From Dehalococcoidia bacterium (GTDB lineage: Bacteria; Chloroflexota; Dehalococcoidia; Lucifugimonadales; CAJWER01): 64,000 nt of DNA. The notes under the pieces are model-generated. The model was given only the letters and a program-made list of their open reading frames with translations, did no database searches and was not told the DNA's origin. Location: assembly GCA_965116315.1 (NCBI GenBank), contig OZ220672.1:1636777-1700776 (forward strand), in the 5' to 3' direction. A program made the position numbers and the translations under genes. The first letter of the stretch is position 1; each line of letters begins with the position of its first letter. Shown here piece by piece: positions 19,200 to 29,154 of this stretch.

Positions 19200-20252
19200 C
19201 TATACGATGAGCATGGCGTCGCCGAAGCTGTAGAAGCGGTAGCGGAGGTCGGCGGCTTCGCGGTAGGCGCGGAGGATGAGGTCGCGTCCGGCCAGGGCGC
19301 TGGTGAGCATCAGCAGGGTGGAGCGGGGCAGGTGGAAGTTGGTTACGAGGGCGTCGACGACCTTGAACTCGTGGCCGGGTAGTATGAACAGGTCCGCCCT
19401 GCCCGATCCCGGCTCCACGACGTTACCGCGCGAGCTATGGTGGACAGCGGCGGCGTGCTCGAGGAGCCTGACGGCGGTGGTGCCTACGGATATGACCCGG
19501 CGGCCCTCTACCCTGGCGCTGTTGATGGCGTCCGCCGCGTCCGGGCCGAGGCGCCAGTACTCCGAGTGCATGGCGTGGGAGGCTATGTCGTCGGTGTCGA
19601 CGGGCCTGAAGGAGTCCCAGCCGACGTGGAGGGTGACGAAGGCAAGCTCGGGTCCGGCCTCGCGGACCCGGTCGAGCAGGCCCGGGGTGAAGTGGAGGCC
19701 GGCGGTGGGGGCGGCGACGCTGCCTGCGACGCGGGAGTAGACGGTCTGGTAACGCTCAGGGTCTGCGAGGGGCTCATGGATGTACGGGGGCAGCGGGACG
19801 ATGCCCATTTCGGCCAGGTGCTCCTCGTCCGAGAGGGCGATGTCCCTTGACCCGTCGGCGTTGACCGCGACTACCCTGCCCGTCACGGTGCGGCCCGCGC
19901 CCTCGACCGAAAACTCCGCACCCTCGCGCATGCGCCTCCCGGGCTTGACCAGCGACCGCCACGAGCCGCCTCCCAGGCGTTCGAGGAGCAGCAGCTCTAT
20001 GCGCGCGCCAGAGGGGACGCTCGTGCCGTAGAGCCGCGCCGGGATTACGCGGCTGTCGTTGAATACGAGGAGGTCGCCCGGCCGCAGGTATTCGGGCAGA
20101 TCGTAGAAACGCGCGTGGCTGATCCTCCCGCCGGCCCGGCGCACCACCATGAGCCTGGAGTGGTCGCGCGGCTCGACGGGCGTCTGCGCGATCAGCTCCG
20201 GCGGCAGGTCGTAGTCGAAGTCGCTGGTCTTCAGTCTCGCTCGACCGTCCAC
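19200..20252 (-). CDS. queA: S-adenosylmethionine:tRNA ribosyltransferase-isomerase
   Basis: The QueA signature starts at LKTSDFDYDLPPELIAQTPVEPRDHSRLMVV and 344 aa follow. There is no ATG at that point. The nearest in-frame start is GTG at 20252, and the conserved first residue is a CTG at 20234. The gene overlaps the folD 3' end. Confidence 0.9.
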   Translation of the reverse strand: MDGRARLKTSDFDYDLPPELIAQTPVEPRDHSRLMVVRRAGGRISHARFYDLPEYLRPGDLLVFNDSRVIPARLYGTSVPSGARIELLLLERLGGGSWRSLVKPGRRMREGAEFSVEGAGRTVTGRVVAVNADGSRDIALSDEEHLAEMGIVPLPPYIHEPLADPERYQTVYSRVAGSVAAPTAGLHFTPGLLDRVREAGPELAFVTLHVGWDSFRPVDTDDIASHAMHSEYWRLGPDAADAINSARVEGRRVISVGTTAVRLLEHAAAVHHSSRGNVVEPGSGRADLFILPGHEFKVVDALVTNFHLPRSTLLMLTSALAGRDLILRAYREAADLRYRFYSFGDAMLIV

Positions 20253-21121
20253 CTGGCAGCGTTGAGGGTGTTGCGGAGGAGCATGGCGATGGTCATGGGC
20301 CCGACACCACCGGGTACGGGTGTTATTGCGGATGCCTTTTCGGAAACGGCGTCGAAGTCCACGTCTCCGACGAGCCTGTATCCGCGCCTGCGCTCGGGGG
20401 CATCGACGCGGTTGGTGCCGACGTCGATGACGACAGCGCCCGGGGCGACCATGTCGGCGGTGATGATCCTGGGCTGGCCCATGGCGGCGACGAGTATGTC
20501 GGCCTGCAGGGTCATCGCCGCCAGGTCCTTCGTCCTGGTGTGGCATACGGTGACTGTGGCGTTGGCGGCGGGCTTCCGCTGCATGAGCAGGATAGAGAGG
20601 GGCTTGCCGACTATCTCGCTGCGCCCGCACACGACGACGTGCTTGCCCTCCGGGTCGCGACCCGTGCGCAGCAGCATCTGCTGGACGCCGGCCGGGGTGG
20701 CGGGCACGAAGCGCTCCCTACCCTGCACGAGCAACCCGACGTTCGCGGGGTGTAGGCCGTCGACGTCCTTGTTGGGATCCAGCGCCTCGATGACCGTGTC
20801 GACGTCGACGTGGTCGGGCAGCGGGAGCTGGACTAGCAGGCCGTGTATCTCGTCGTCCTCGCCCAGCTCGGCCACCTTGTCGATGATCTCGTCCTGGGAG
20901 GTCGAGCCGGGCATGCTCACGTCGCGGGCGGTCATGCCGGCCTCGGTGGCCGCCTGCTGCTTGCTGCGAACGTAGACCGCCGATGCGGGGTCGTCGCCCA
21001 CGAGGACGACGGCGAGGCCGGGCGTAACGCCGTGGGCAGCCTTCAGGTCGGCCGTCTCAGCGGCCACCTCCGCGCGGACTTCGGCAGCGATTTTCTTTCC
21101 GTCGATCAGCTCCGCCTTCAA
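20231..21121 (-). CDS. folD: bifunctional methylenetetrahydrofolate dehydrogenase/cyclohydrolase
   Basis: The FolD-typical N-terminus (M)KAELIDGKKIAAEVR begins at the TTG at 21121, with GAAGGAGAG upstream. The longer ORF start at 21172 is also a TTG. Confidence 0.9.
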   Translation of the reverse strand: MKAELIDGKKIAAEVRAEVAAETADLKAAHGVTPGLAVVLVGDDPASAVYVRSKQQAATEAGMTARDVSMPGSTSQDEIIDKVAELGEDDEIHGLLVQLPLPDHVDVDTVIEALDPNKDVDGLHPANVGLLVQGRERFVPATPAGVQQMLLRTGRDPEGKHVVVCGRSEIVGKPLSILLMQRKPAANATVTVCHTRTKDLAAMTLQADILVAAMGQPRIITADMVAPGAVVIDVGTNRVDAPERRRGYRLVGDVDFDAVSEKASAITPVPGGVGPMTIAMLLRNTLNAARWTVERD

Positions 21122-21259
21122 AGCGCTCTCCTTCGCCGGACCGATTCCGGCTCGGTCCAATTGTGAACCCAATTCTTGTTGACGGCCTTCTGACTACGCT
21201 AACTATAATACCCCACAACCCTTCGTTCGAAGGCCCGGACCTGCTCAAGGAGTCCCCCT

Positions 21260-22057
21260 TTGCCCGTCGACATAGTCGTCTGCGCCAAGCAGGTGATGGA
21301 CCCGGAGATCCCACCGTCGGCGTTCCAGATAGACCCCGATACGAAGAGGGTGCGAGAGGCGCCCGGCATTTCGCCCGTGGTCAACGGTTTCGACGAGAAC
21401 GCAGTCGAGGCCGCCCTGCGAATCAGGGAGCAGGCCGGGGGCACGATCACGGTGCTCTCCGCCGGCGCGGAGTTCGCGATGGACGTGATGAAGAAGCCCC
21501 TGTCAATGGGCGCCGACGAGCTGGTGCTGGCCCAGGACGACGCGTTCGCCGACCTGGACGCCCGTGCAACGGCGCGTGTGCTCGCGAGCGCCATCGGAAA
21601 GTTGGGCCGGTTCGACCTGGTGCTGTGCGGCCGGCAGGCCTCGGACTGGGACAACGCGCACGTGCCGCTGGGACTCGCCGAGCTGCTGGACGTGGCCTGC
21701 CTGACGGTCGCGCAGGGCATAGAGGTGGTCGGGAACGGCGTGGTCGTGCACAGCGTGACGGCGGACGGCTACGACGTGATCGAGGCGGACATGCCCGCGC
21801 TGGTGACGGTGAGCAATGAGCTGGGGGAGCCGAGATACCCGACGCTCCGGGGCATCATGGCGGCGGGCCGGAAGAGACCGACGACTTGGTCGGCGGCCGA
21901 CCTGGGAGTAGAGCCGGAGATGCTCGAGCCGGGCCTCAGCATAATCGACCTGTACGTGCCGGAGAGCGGGGGGCAGGTCGAGATGGTCGAGGGCGAGGAC
22001 GAGGCGGACGCGGGGCGCAACCTGGCCCTGAGGCTCCGTGAGGCGGGACTGATCTAA
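21260..22057 (+). CDS. etfB: electron transfer flavoprotein beta subunit
   Basis: 265 aa. IVVCAKQVMDPE..., DLVLCGRQASD, and a C-terminal recognition-loop region. AAGGAG lies 7 nt upstream of the TTG start. Confidence 0.9.
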   Translation: MPVDIVVCAKQVMDPEIPPSAFQIDPDTKRVREAPGISPVVNGFDENAVEAALRIREQAGGTITVLSAGAEFAMDVMKKPLSMGADELVLAQDDAFADLDARATARVLASAIGKLGRFDLVLCGRQASDWDNAHVPLGLAELLDVACLTVAQGIEVVGNGVVVHSVTADGYDVIEADMPALVTVSNELGEPRYPTLRGIMAAGRKRPTTWSAADLGVEPEMLEPGLSIIDLYVPESGGQVEMVEGEDEADAGRNLALRLREAGLI

Positions 22058-22135
22058 CCGCGGAGGGCGCGGAGGACGCTGAGATTCAAGAATGGGTTCC
22101 GGCTCCACGCCGGAAGAGGGCTAGGAGGCTTGTGC

Positions 22136-23113
22136 TTGGTTGACGTATTGGTGCTGGGCGAGGTTGGAGATGGTGGGCTGGAGCCCATCACGGGCGAGCT
22201 GATCGCGGCCGGGCGCTCCCTGGGCGGGGTGGTCGGAGTTGCCCTGCTGGGGGACAGCCTCAACGATGCGGCGCGGGAGGTGACCGCGCTGGGCCCGGGC
22301 TCCCTGCTGCTGGCGGAGAGCCCAGCGCTGGACGGCTCGTCAATGGACGCCTACGTATCGGCATTCGAGCAGGTGTGCAGGCACGCCGAGCCCGGGACTG
22401 TGATGGTGGGCAAGACCCCCCTTGGGCAGAACGTAGGGCCGAGGGTCGCCTCCAGGCTTGGCGCCGCCGTGGCCCAGGACTGCATAGCAGTTGGAAGGGA
22501 CGAGGCGAGCGGGGCCGTCGTTGCCGAGAGACCGGTCTACGGCGGGAACGCGGTGGCGAAGGTCTCATTCACCGGCGGCGGGCCCGGCTTCATAGTGCTG
22601 AGAGGACGGGCGTACGAGGCGCCCGACCCCGAGCCCTGGCTGACGGCGGACGTGGTCCGGGTCGAAGTGGCGGTGGAGCCGTCCGACGTGCGGGTCCGCC
22701 GCGTAGAGAGCGTCAGCCAGGACGTGGAGGGGGTGAGGCTGGAGGACGCGTCCGTCGTGGTGTCGGGAGGCCGCGGCCTGGGCGGGCCTGAGCCGTTCGG
22801 CAGCCTTCGGGAGCTGGCAGAGCTGCTCGGCGGGGCAGTCGGGGCATCGCGCGCGGCGTGCGACGCGGGATGGGTCGATCACTCGCTGCAGGTCGGCCTG
22901 ACGGGCAAGTCGGTGACGCCGGACCTGTACATCACCGTCGGCATATCGGGCGCGAGCCAGCACATGGCGGGCTGCTCCGGGTCGAGGAACATCGTGGTGA
23001 TCAACAGGGACGCGGAGGCGAACATCTTCAGGGATGCGTCCTACGGCGTGGCGGGCGACTGGCAGAAGGTGCTGCCCGCCTTCATAGAAACGGTCAGGGA
23101 GCTGGTCTCCTGA
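22136..23113 (+). CDS. etfA: electron transfer flavoprotein alpha subunit
   Basis: FAD-binding C-terminal domain [44 protein letters not shown]. The TTG at 22136 lies 7 nt after AGGAGG; the track start at 22130 is also possible. Confidence 0.9.
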   Translation: MVDVLVLGEVGDGGLEPITGELIAAGRSLGGVVGVALLGDSLNDAAREVTALGPGSLLLAESPALDGSSMDAYVSAFEQVCRHAEPGTVMVGKTPLGQNVGPRVASRLGAAVAQDCIAVGRDEASGAVVAERPVYGGNAVAKVSFTGGGPGFIVLRGRAYEAPDPEPWLTADVVRVEVAVEPSDVRVRRVESVSQDVEGVRLEDASVVVSGGRGLGGPEPFGSLRELAELLGGAVGASRAACDAGWVDHSLQVGLTGKSVTPDLYITVGISGASQHMAGCSGSRNIVVINRDAEANIFRDASYGVAGDWQKVLPAFIETVRELVS

Positions 23114-23133
23114 CGGGAATCGCGAGGAGAGCG

Positions 23134-23571
23134 ATGGACGGCGATTTCGTACTCGACCTGGATGAAGTGATTTACAGCCTGGAGACCGGAGAGGTGATCT
23201 CCCTGTCGTTCCAGACGTTCAACAAGGCGCTGGTGGTGGACACCCGGTGCAGCGATCGGGAGGGGCCGCTCGTCTGCGTCTGCCCTATCGTAGAGTCCCC
23301 GAGGGAGCGGATAAGGGCGCTGCGGAAGATGCGGCCGGCCTTTCCCCGGGCCAACAACCTGACGGTCATCCCGTGGCCCAAGTCGGTCTCGAGCCTGGTG
23401 AGCCTGGGGGTGTGGGGCAAGCTCGTTTCGCGGTTCGAGCACGAGGGCCAGCTTGATGCGGTGAGGGATTGCGCCACGGTGCTGGCCGAGCTCAGGTCGC
23501 TCGAGAGGTCCGAGGTAGCGGCGGTGCTGACGGGCGAGAATTACCACACGATCTGGTCGGCGACCCCGTAG
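23134..23571 (+). CDS. hypothetical protein
   Basis: 145 aa from the in-frame ATG at 23134, preceded by GAGGAGA. Follows etfA. No family recognised. Confidence 0.45.
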   Translation: MDGDFVLDLDEVIYSLETGEVISLSFQTFNKALVVDTRCSDREGPLVCVCPIVESPRERIRALRKMRPAFPRANNLTVIPWPKSVSSLVSLGVWGKLVSRFEHEGQLDAVRDCATVLAELRSLERSEVAAVLTGENYHTIWSATP

Positions 23572-23619
23572 GGAGTTTGACGGCGCCGGAAGCGAGGCGT
23601 GCCGGGTCGCAAGATGGGA

Positions 23620-23640
23620 GGGCGGGTTTCAAACCCGCCC
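23620..23640. repeat. family A REP hairpin
   Basis: GGGCGGGTTTCAAACCCGCCC, with the same CAAGATGGGA prefix seen in the 3470-3720 units. Confidence 0.85.
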
Positions 23641-23722
23641 CTACGACCCTTACGCGGCCGACCTCGACGCGGGCGGACACATGGGTCCGCCCCTACGTGA
23701 GCGAACCGCGCACCTACGGGGG

Positions 23723-25762
23723 CTAGGCTTCCTTCTGCTGCTCGACCTCGCGGACTATTCGCTCGGTGATGTGGCCGGGGACGGGGTCGTAGTGGTCGAA
23801 GCTGATTGTGAACGATCCCCTGCCCTGGGTCTGGGAACGCAGGTCCGTCGCGTAGCGCAGCATCTCGGCCTGGGGAGCCTCGGCCTCCACTACCGTGGTG
23901 CCGTCGCCCTGGGGAGTCATGCCGAGAATCCGGGCGCGCTTGCCGTTCAGGTCGCCCATCACCTCGCCGGCGTCGGAGTCCGGCACACGGACGTCGACGC
24001 GCATGACCGGCTCCAGGATGATCGGCCCGGCCAGCTTAATGCCGTCGGACAGCGCATGGCTTCCGGCGATCTCGAAGCTGACGCCGGACGAGTCGACTGA
24101 GTGGAAGCTGCCGTCGTAGAGGGTCGCCCTCAGGTCCACGACGGGGAATCCCGATACGGCGCCCCCAACCAGGGCCTGCCTGCATCCCTTCTCGACGGAT
24201 GGGATGTACTCGCGCGGGACGGCTCCGCCGACTATTTTCTCGGCGAACTCGAACCCGCCGCCCCTCTCCAGGGGCTCCAGTTCGAGATAGACGTGGCCGA
24301 ACTGGCCGTGACCGCCCGACTGTTTCTTGTGGCGGTACTCCACCTGTGTCTGCCGCGTAATCGTCTCCATGTACGGGACGCGGGGCGTCCTTAGCTCCAG
24401 CTCCACGCCAAACTTGCGCTGCATCCTCTCGACCGCGACCTCGACGTGTACGTCCCCCAAACCTCCGAGCAGGAGCTCGCCGGTGTTCAGCTCCCGCTGA
24501 ACGCTGAGGCTCGGGTCCTCTTCGGTGACACGGGCCAGCGCCGTGGTGATCTTGTCCACGTCCGCCTTGGACTTCGGGTAGGCCGCCATCTGGTACACGG
24601 GCGTTGGGAAGGAGTACGCGGGGAGGGTCATGGGCTTGCTGCGCTCGGTCAGCGTGTCGCCCGTCAGGACCGACGAGAGCTTGGCCACCGCGCCGATGTC
24701 GCCGGGGGCGAGGGATGGAACGGCCTCCTGCTCCTTGCCGGTGACCACATACACCTGCCCGACGCGCTCCGCCTCGCTCCGGGTGGCGTTCCAGACCTGC
24801 TGGTCGCTCTTGAATTCGCCGCTGACGACCCGGATGTAGGAGAGCTTGCCCACGAAGGGGTCCGCGGAGGTCTTGAAGACCTGGGCGACCAGCGGGCCGC
24901 CTGCGTCGGCGGTCAGAGTGACCTCGTCGTCGCCCGACGCAGCTTCGACCGGCTTCCCGTCGGCGGGGGAAGGCATCGCGTCCACGACGAGGTCCATCGC
25001 CTCCTCGGCGCCGATGCCCGAGCCCGCGGCGCCGAACAGCACGGGCACGATTTCGCCCGAGGCGATCCCCTGCTTCAGTCCCTGGGCGATCTCGGCGTCC
25101 GTGAGCTCCTCGCCCTCCAGGTACTTCATCATCAGGTCGTCATCGGCCTCGGCTATGGTCTCGAGCAGCTTCTCCCGCAGCTCGTCATAGGCGTCCTGCA
25201 GATCGGCAGGGACTCCACTGCCGTCTCCGAGCAGGCTGACGACTCCTGAGAAGCCGGCCTCAGCGCCGTTCGGCACCTGCACTGCGAGACACTTGCGACC
25301 GAACACTTCGACCAGCGCGTTGAGGGTGTTCTCGTAGCTGACGTTCTCCCTGTCCATCTTGTTCACGAAGACGGCGCGAGGCAGCTCGAGCTCGTCGGCC
25401 ATCTGCCACATCTGCAGGGTGCCCACCTCCACGCCGGAGGTGGCGTCGACGACGATGATGGCCGACTCGGCCACGCGTATGGCGGAGTTCACCTCGCCGC
25501 GGTAGTCGGCGTAGCCGGGGGTGTCCACGACGTTGATCTTGCGGTCCTTCCACGGGCACGGGAGCACCGCTGTCTGGACGCTGGTGGTCCTCTTCTGCTC
25601 CTCGGGCTCGTAGTCGGACGTGGTGTTGCCGTCGTCGGTCTTACCCAGCCGGTTGATCACGCCGGAGGCGAACAGCATCGCCTCGGCGAGCATGGTCTTG
25701 CCGGCACCGCCGTGGGACAGAAGCACGACATTACGCAGGTCTTGTGTATCGACATTCGCCAT
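23723..25762 (-). CDS. elongation factor G paralogue (EF-G2-like translational GTPase)
   Basis: 679 aa from the ATG at 25762, preceded by GGAGGAGAG. G1 motif SHGGAGKT, DTPGYADY, NKMD, and domains II-V throughout. Not located in a str-operon context. Confidence 0.9.
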   Translation of the reverse strand: MANVDTQDLRNVVLLSHGGAGKTMLAEAMLFASGVINRLGKTDDGNTTSDYEPEEQKRTTSVQTAVLPCPWKDRKINVVDTPGYADYRGEVNSAIRVAESAIIVVDATSGVEVGTLQMWQMADELELPRAVFVNKMDRENVSYENTLNALVEVFGRKCLAVQVPNGAEAGFSGVVSLLGDGSGVPADLQDAYDELREKLLETIAEADDDLMMKYLEGEELTDAEIAQGLKQGIASGEIVPVLFGAAGSGIGAEEAMDLVVDAMPSPADGKPVEAASGDDEVTLTADAGGPLVAQVFKTSADPFVGKLSYIRVVSGEFKSDQQVWNATRSEAERVGQVYVVTGKEQEAVPSLAPGDIGAVAKLSSVLTGDTLTERSKPMTLPAYSFPTPVYQMAAYPKSKADVDKITTALARVTEEDPSLSVQRELNTGELLLGGLGDVHVEVAVERMQRKFGVELELRTPRVPYMETITRQTQVEYRHKKQSGGHGQFGHVYLELEPLERGGGFEFAEKIVGGAVPREYIPSVEKGCRQALVGGAVSGFPVVDLRATLYDGSFHSVDSSGVSFEIAGSHALSDGIKLAGPIILEPVMRVDVRVPDSDAGEVMGDLNGKRARILGMTPQGDGTTVVEAEAPQAEMLRYATDLRSQTQGRGSFTISFDHYDPVPGHITERIVREVEQQKEA

Positions 25763-26163
25763 CGAGTCTCTCCTCCAGGAACCCACTCCGCCCTGGGAGC
25801 GGGGTTCGTTGCGTGTGCGAGTCTATTATAGGGCCACAGCGTCACCCATGGGAGACGCCGCGCCTTACGGGGCTCGCCCAACAAGGACTGCGGCATCCTA
25901 ACCACTTCTCAAGGGCCGGTCAATCCCCGGTGGAGGTAACCGTTCAGAGTTGATGGGGCATGGACATCGTTGCTCTTCGGCAGCGCGAGAGCCCCCATCT
26001 CAATCTTCCCCCTCGGGGGGAAGAGGCCGAGTCGTCCATACCGAGTCGCCGCTACCTGCGTACGGCGGGGTTCTCGTCTCACCAAGTCTGAAGGGTGGTG
26101 GAGCGGTGGAATTGTTGCCGCTCCGCTGCAGGCTCCGGTATTATCGCTGCCTGGAGGTGCGGA

Positions 26164-27096
26164 GTGGACGGCAAGGACTTCCTATCTATCGCCGACCTGT
26201 CTTCCGACGAGGTTGGGCTGCTGATCGAGAGGGCCGCGCAGATGAAGGGCGGCCCGGCCGAGCGGGCCCTGGAGGGCAGGACGATCGCCATGCTGTTCGA
26301 GAAGCCCTCGCTGCGAACGAGGGTCAGCTTCGAGGTGGGCATCAGGCGGCTGGGTGGGGAGTGCTTCCACCTGGGCGGGCCGGAGGTGGGACTGGGCGAG
26401 AGGGAGCCCGTACCGGATGTTGCGCGCGTGCTCGACCGCTGGGTCGACGGCGTGGTTGCGCGCGTGAACTCCCACGAGAGCCTGACGCTGATGGCGAAGC
26501 ACACGACTGGGCCCATCGTCAATGCGCTGTCGGACGTGGAGCACCCCTGCCAGGCGATGGCGGACCTGCTGACGATCCTGGAGCACAGGGGCGGGCTGGA
26601 CGGCCAGCGCGTTGCCTACGTGGGGGACGGGAATAACGTGGCGGCCAGCCTGGCGCTGGCGTGCGCGTCGGTCGGCGCAAGTTTCGTCCTAGCGTCGCCG
26701 CCGGACTACCGGGTAGACCGCGCGACATGGGAGGAGGCGAAGCACCGGGCGGGCGCGAGCGGCGGGAGCGTGGAGTGGGTGGAGCACCCTGAGGACGCGG
26801 CAAAGGACGCCGACGTGGTCTACACGGACGTGTGGGTCAGCATGGGGCAGGACGCCGAGAGCGAAGCCCGGCACAGCGCATTCCAGGGCTACCAGGTCAG
26901 CCCGGGTCTGATGGAGCTAGCCAAGCCGGACGCGGTCTTCATGCACGACATGCCCGCCCACGAGGGCGAGGAGATCACGCCCGGGATGCTGGACCATCCG
27001 CAGTCGGTGGTCTTCGACCAGGCCGAGAACCGTCTCCACGCCCAGAACGCCGTGCTCGCCTACCTGTTCGACGACGCGACCGGCGGGGCCTCCTGA
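26164..27096 (+). CDS. argF: ornithine carbamoyltransferase
   Basis: 310 aa from the GTG at 26164, preceded by GGAGG. Motifs SLRTRVSFE, HPCQAMADL, DVWVSMG, HDMPAH. Confidence 0.9.
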   Translation: MDGKDFLSIADLSSDEVGLLIERAAQMKGGPAERALEGRTIAMLFEKPSLRTRVSFEVGIRRLGGECFHLGGPEVGLGEREPVPDVARVLDRWVDGVVARVNSHESLTLMAKHTTGPIVNALSDVEHPCQAMADLLTILEHRGGLDGQRVAYVGDGNNVAASLALACASVGASFVLASPPDYRVDRATWEEAKHRAGASGGSVEWVEHPEDAAKDADVVYTDVWVSMGQDAESEARHSAFQGYQVSPGLMELAKPDAVFMHDMPAHEGEEITPGMLDHPQSVVFDQAENRLHAQNAVLAYLFDDATGGAS

Positions 27097-27166
27097 AGCC
27101 CAAGCCCGCGCCTCCCGCTACCCCTGAGCACTCCGGGGGTCGAGTGGCCGAAAGCGGAGTGACTAA

Positions 27167-28492
27167 ATGACGGGCGCCTCCAAGCCGATCGTCGCCATAG
27201 TCGGGCAGCCCAACGTGGGCAAGTCGACGCTGTTCAACAGGCTGGCGGAGACCCGCCCGTCGATAGTCTCCGACATCGCGGGTACCACGCGCGACCGGGT
27301 CATAGCGGACGTGGAGTGGGGCGAGCGGCTGCTGACGCTGATCGACACGGGCGGGCTGGACGAGTTTCCCGAGACGGAGCTGTGGTCCAGCGTGCGCGAC
27401 CAGATACAGGTCGCCATCGAGGGGGCCGACGTGGTCGTGATGCTCACGGACGTGACCGCCGGGGTCACCGCGCCGGACGAGGACGTGGCCCGGGTGCTGC
27501 GCCTGTCCGGCAGGCAGGTCGTTCTTGCGGTCAACAAGGCCGACAACGAACTGCGCGAGGCGGACGCGGCCGAGTTCTACAGGCTGGGGCTGGGCGAGCC
27601 GACGCCGGTCAGCGCCTATCACAACAGGGGCGTGGACGAGATGATGTCGCGGGTGCTGGACCTGCTGCCCGATGGGGAGTCGAGACCGGACCCGGAGGCG
27701 GACTTCAGGCTGGCGATCGTGGGCCGGACGAACGTGGGCAAGTCTATGCTGCTGAACTCCATCCTGGGCGAGGAGCGGGCCATAGTCAGCGACGTGCCCG
27801 GCACGACGCGGGACGCCCTGGACACGCTCGTCACCGTCGGCGGCAGGACCGTACACCTGATCGACACGGCCGGGCTGCGCCGAAGGGGCAGAATCGAACG
27901 GGGGATCGAGCAGTTCAGCGCCATCAGGACGATCAGGGCCATAGACCGCGCCGAGGTCGCGGTGCTGGTCATGGACGCGTCGGAGCTGGCTACAACCCAG
28001 GACTCCCACATAGCGGGGTATGTGCTGGAGGCGTACCGGGGCATAGTGCTGGCCATCAACAAGTGGGACCTGGCCGGCGGCCTGGAGGTGACGAAGGAAG
28101 AGGCGGAGCGCAAGGTCCGCGAGCGGTTCAAGTTCGTGAGCCACGTGCCCATCTGCTTCACGTCCGCGCTGGATGGGACGGGCATCGGCGACCTGCTGGA
28201 GCAGGCCGCGGAGGTCCACCGCAAGTGGAGCATGGGGTTGCCGCGCTACGACCTGCGCCGCACCGTGCTCAACGCAGTGGCGGCCCACCCGCCCGCAACC
28301 GGGAGGCGCAGGCTGAAGTTCTATGGCGTCACACAGGACAACTCGCAGCCGCCCAGCTTCACCTTCTACGTAAACAACTCGGACGTGGTACACTTCTCCT
28401 ACCGGCGCTACCTTGAGAATGCCCTACGCAGCGCCTACGGCTTCGAGGGCACCCCCCTCAGGATGCGTTTCAAGAGCAGGGGAGAGCGATGA
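27167..28492 (+). CDS. der: ribosome biogenesis GTPase Der (EngA)
   Basis: 441 aa with two tandem GTPase domains (GQPNVGKST and GRTNVGKSM) plus a KH-like C-terminus. Confidence 0.95.
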   Translation: MTGASKPIVAIVGQPNVGKSTLFNRLAETRPSIVSDIAGTTRDRVIADVEWGERLLTLIDTGGLDEFPETELWSSVRDQIQVAIEGADVVVMLTDVTAGVTAPDEDVARVLRLSGRQVVLAVNKADNELREADAAEFYRLGLGEPTPVSAYHNRGVDEMMSRVLDLLPDGESRPDPEADFRLAIVGRTNVGKSMLLNSILGEERAIVSDVPGTTRDALDTLVTVGGRTVHLIDTAGLRRRGRIERGIEQFSAIRTIRAIDRAEVAVLVMDASELATTQDSHIAGYVLEAYRGIVLAINKWDLAGGLEVTKEEAERKVRERFKFVSHVPICFTSALDGTGIGDLLEQAAEVHRKWSMGLPRYDLRRTVLNAVAAHPPATGRRRLKFYGVTQDNSQPPSFTFYVNNSDVVHFSYRRYLENALRSAYGFEGTPLRMRFKSRGER

Positions 28493-29154
28493 TTGAGGTT
28501 GTCGGCTTCGCTGTGTTCGGGTACCTGCTTGGGTCGCTGCCGTTCGGCGTGATCTTCGGGCGGGTCTTCGGGGGCGTGGACGTGCGCGACCACGGAAGCG
28601 GCAGCACTGGAATGACCAACGTGCTGCGCACGGCCGGAGTCCCCGCGGCCGCCCTGGTGCTGCTCCTGGACATGCTGAAGGGGGCGGCTGCCATAGTCGC
28701 GGCCAAGCTGATTACCGGGTCCGCCGGGGCCGAGGTCGCGGCGGGGCTGGGCGCCATATCGGGGCACATGTGGCCCGTCTTTGCCGGGTTCAGGGGCGGC
28801 AAGGGCGTGTCGCCCGGCTGGGCAGGACTCTTCCCGCTGGAGCCCATTTCGGGGATCGTGGCGGGGATCATCGGCGTGACCGTGATCGCGGTGAGCCGAT
28901 ACGCCTCGCTGGGGTCGCTCGTGGGCGCTGTGTCGGGATCGGCCATCCTTGCGGCCATGGCCCTGCTCGGCGGGACGCACGACGTGTACGCCCTGTACGG
29001 CATCGCGGGCAGCGTGCTCGTGGTGGCAAAGCACAAGGACAACATCGTCAGGCTGTCGAGGGGCGAGGAGCGGCGGTTCGGCTCTTCCCCGGACGGCGGC
29101 GGAGAGCACAAGGCCAGCTGGAGCAGGGTCCTTCGATGGCCCAGGTCGGCGTAG
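28489..29154 (+). CDS. plsY: glycerol-3-phosphate acyltransferase PlsY
   Basis: GYLLGSLPFGVIFG, GSGSTGMTNV and FRGGKGV motifs. Overlaps the der stop (ATGA) and the gpsA start. Confidence 0.9.
   Translation: MIEVVGFAVFGYLLGSLPFGVIFGRVFGGVDVRDHGSGSTGMTNVLRTAGVPAAALVLLLDMLKGAAAIVAAKLITGSAGAEVAAGLGAISGHMWPVFAGFRGGKGVSPGWAGLFPLEPISGIVAGIIGVTVIAVSRYASLGSLVGAVSGSAILAAMALLGGTHDVYALYGIAGSVLVVAKHKDNIVRLSRGEERRFGSSPDGGGEHKASWSRVLRWPRSA

Noticed and set aside
23723-25762. EF-G gene outside the str operon with the atypical G1 motif SHGGAGKT
   Set aside because: EF-G2-type paralogues with this feature are common in many phyla. I do not consider it unusual.
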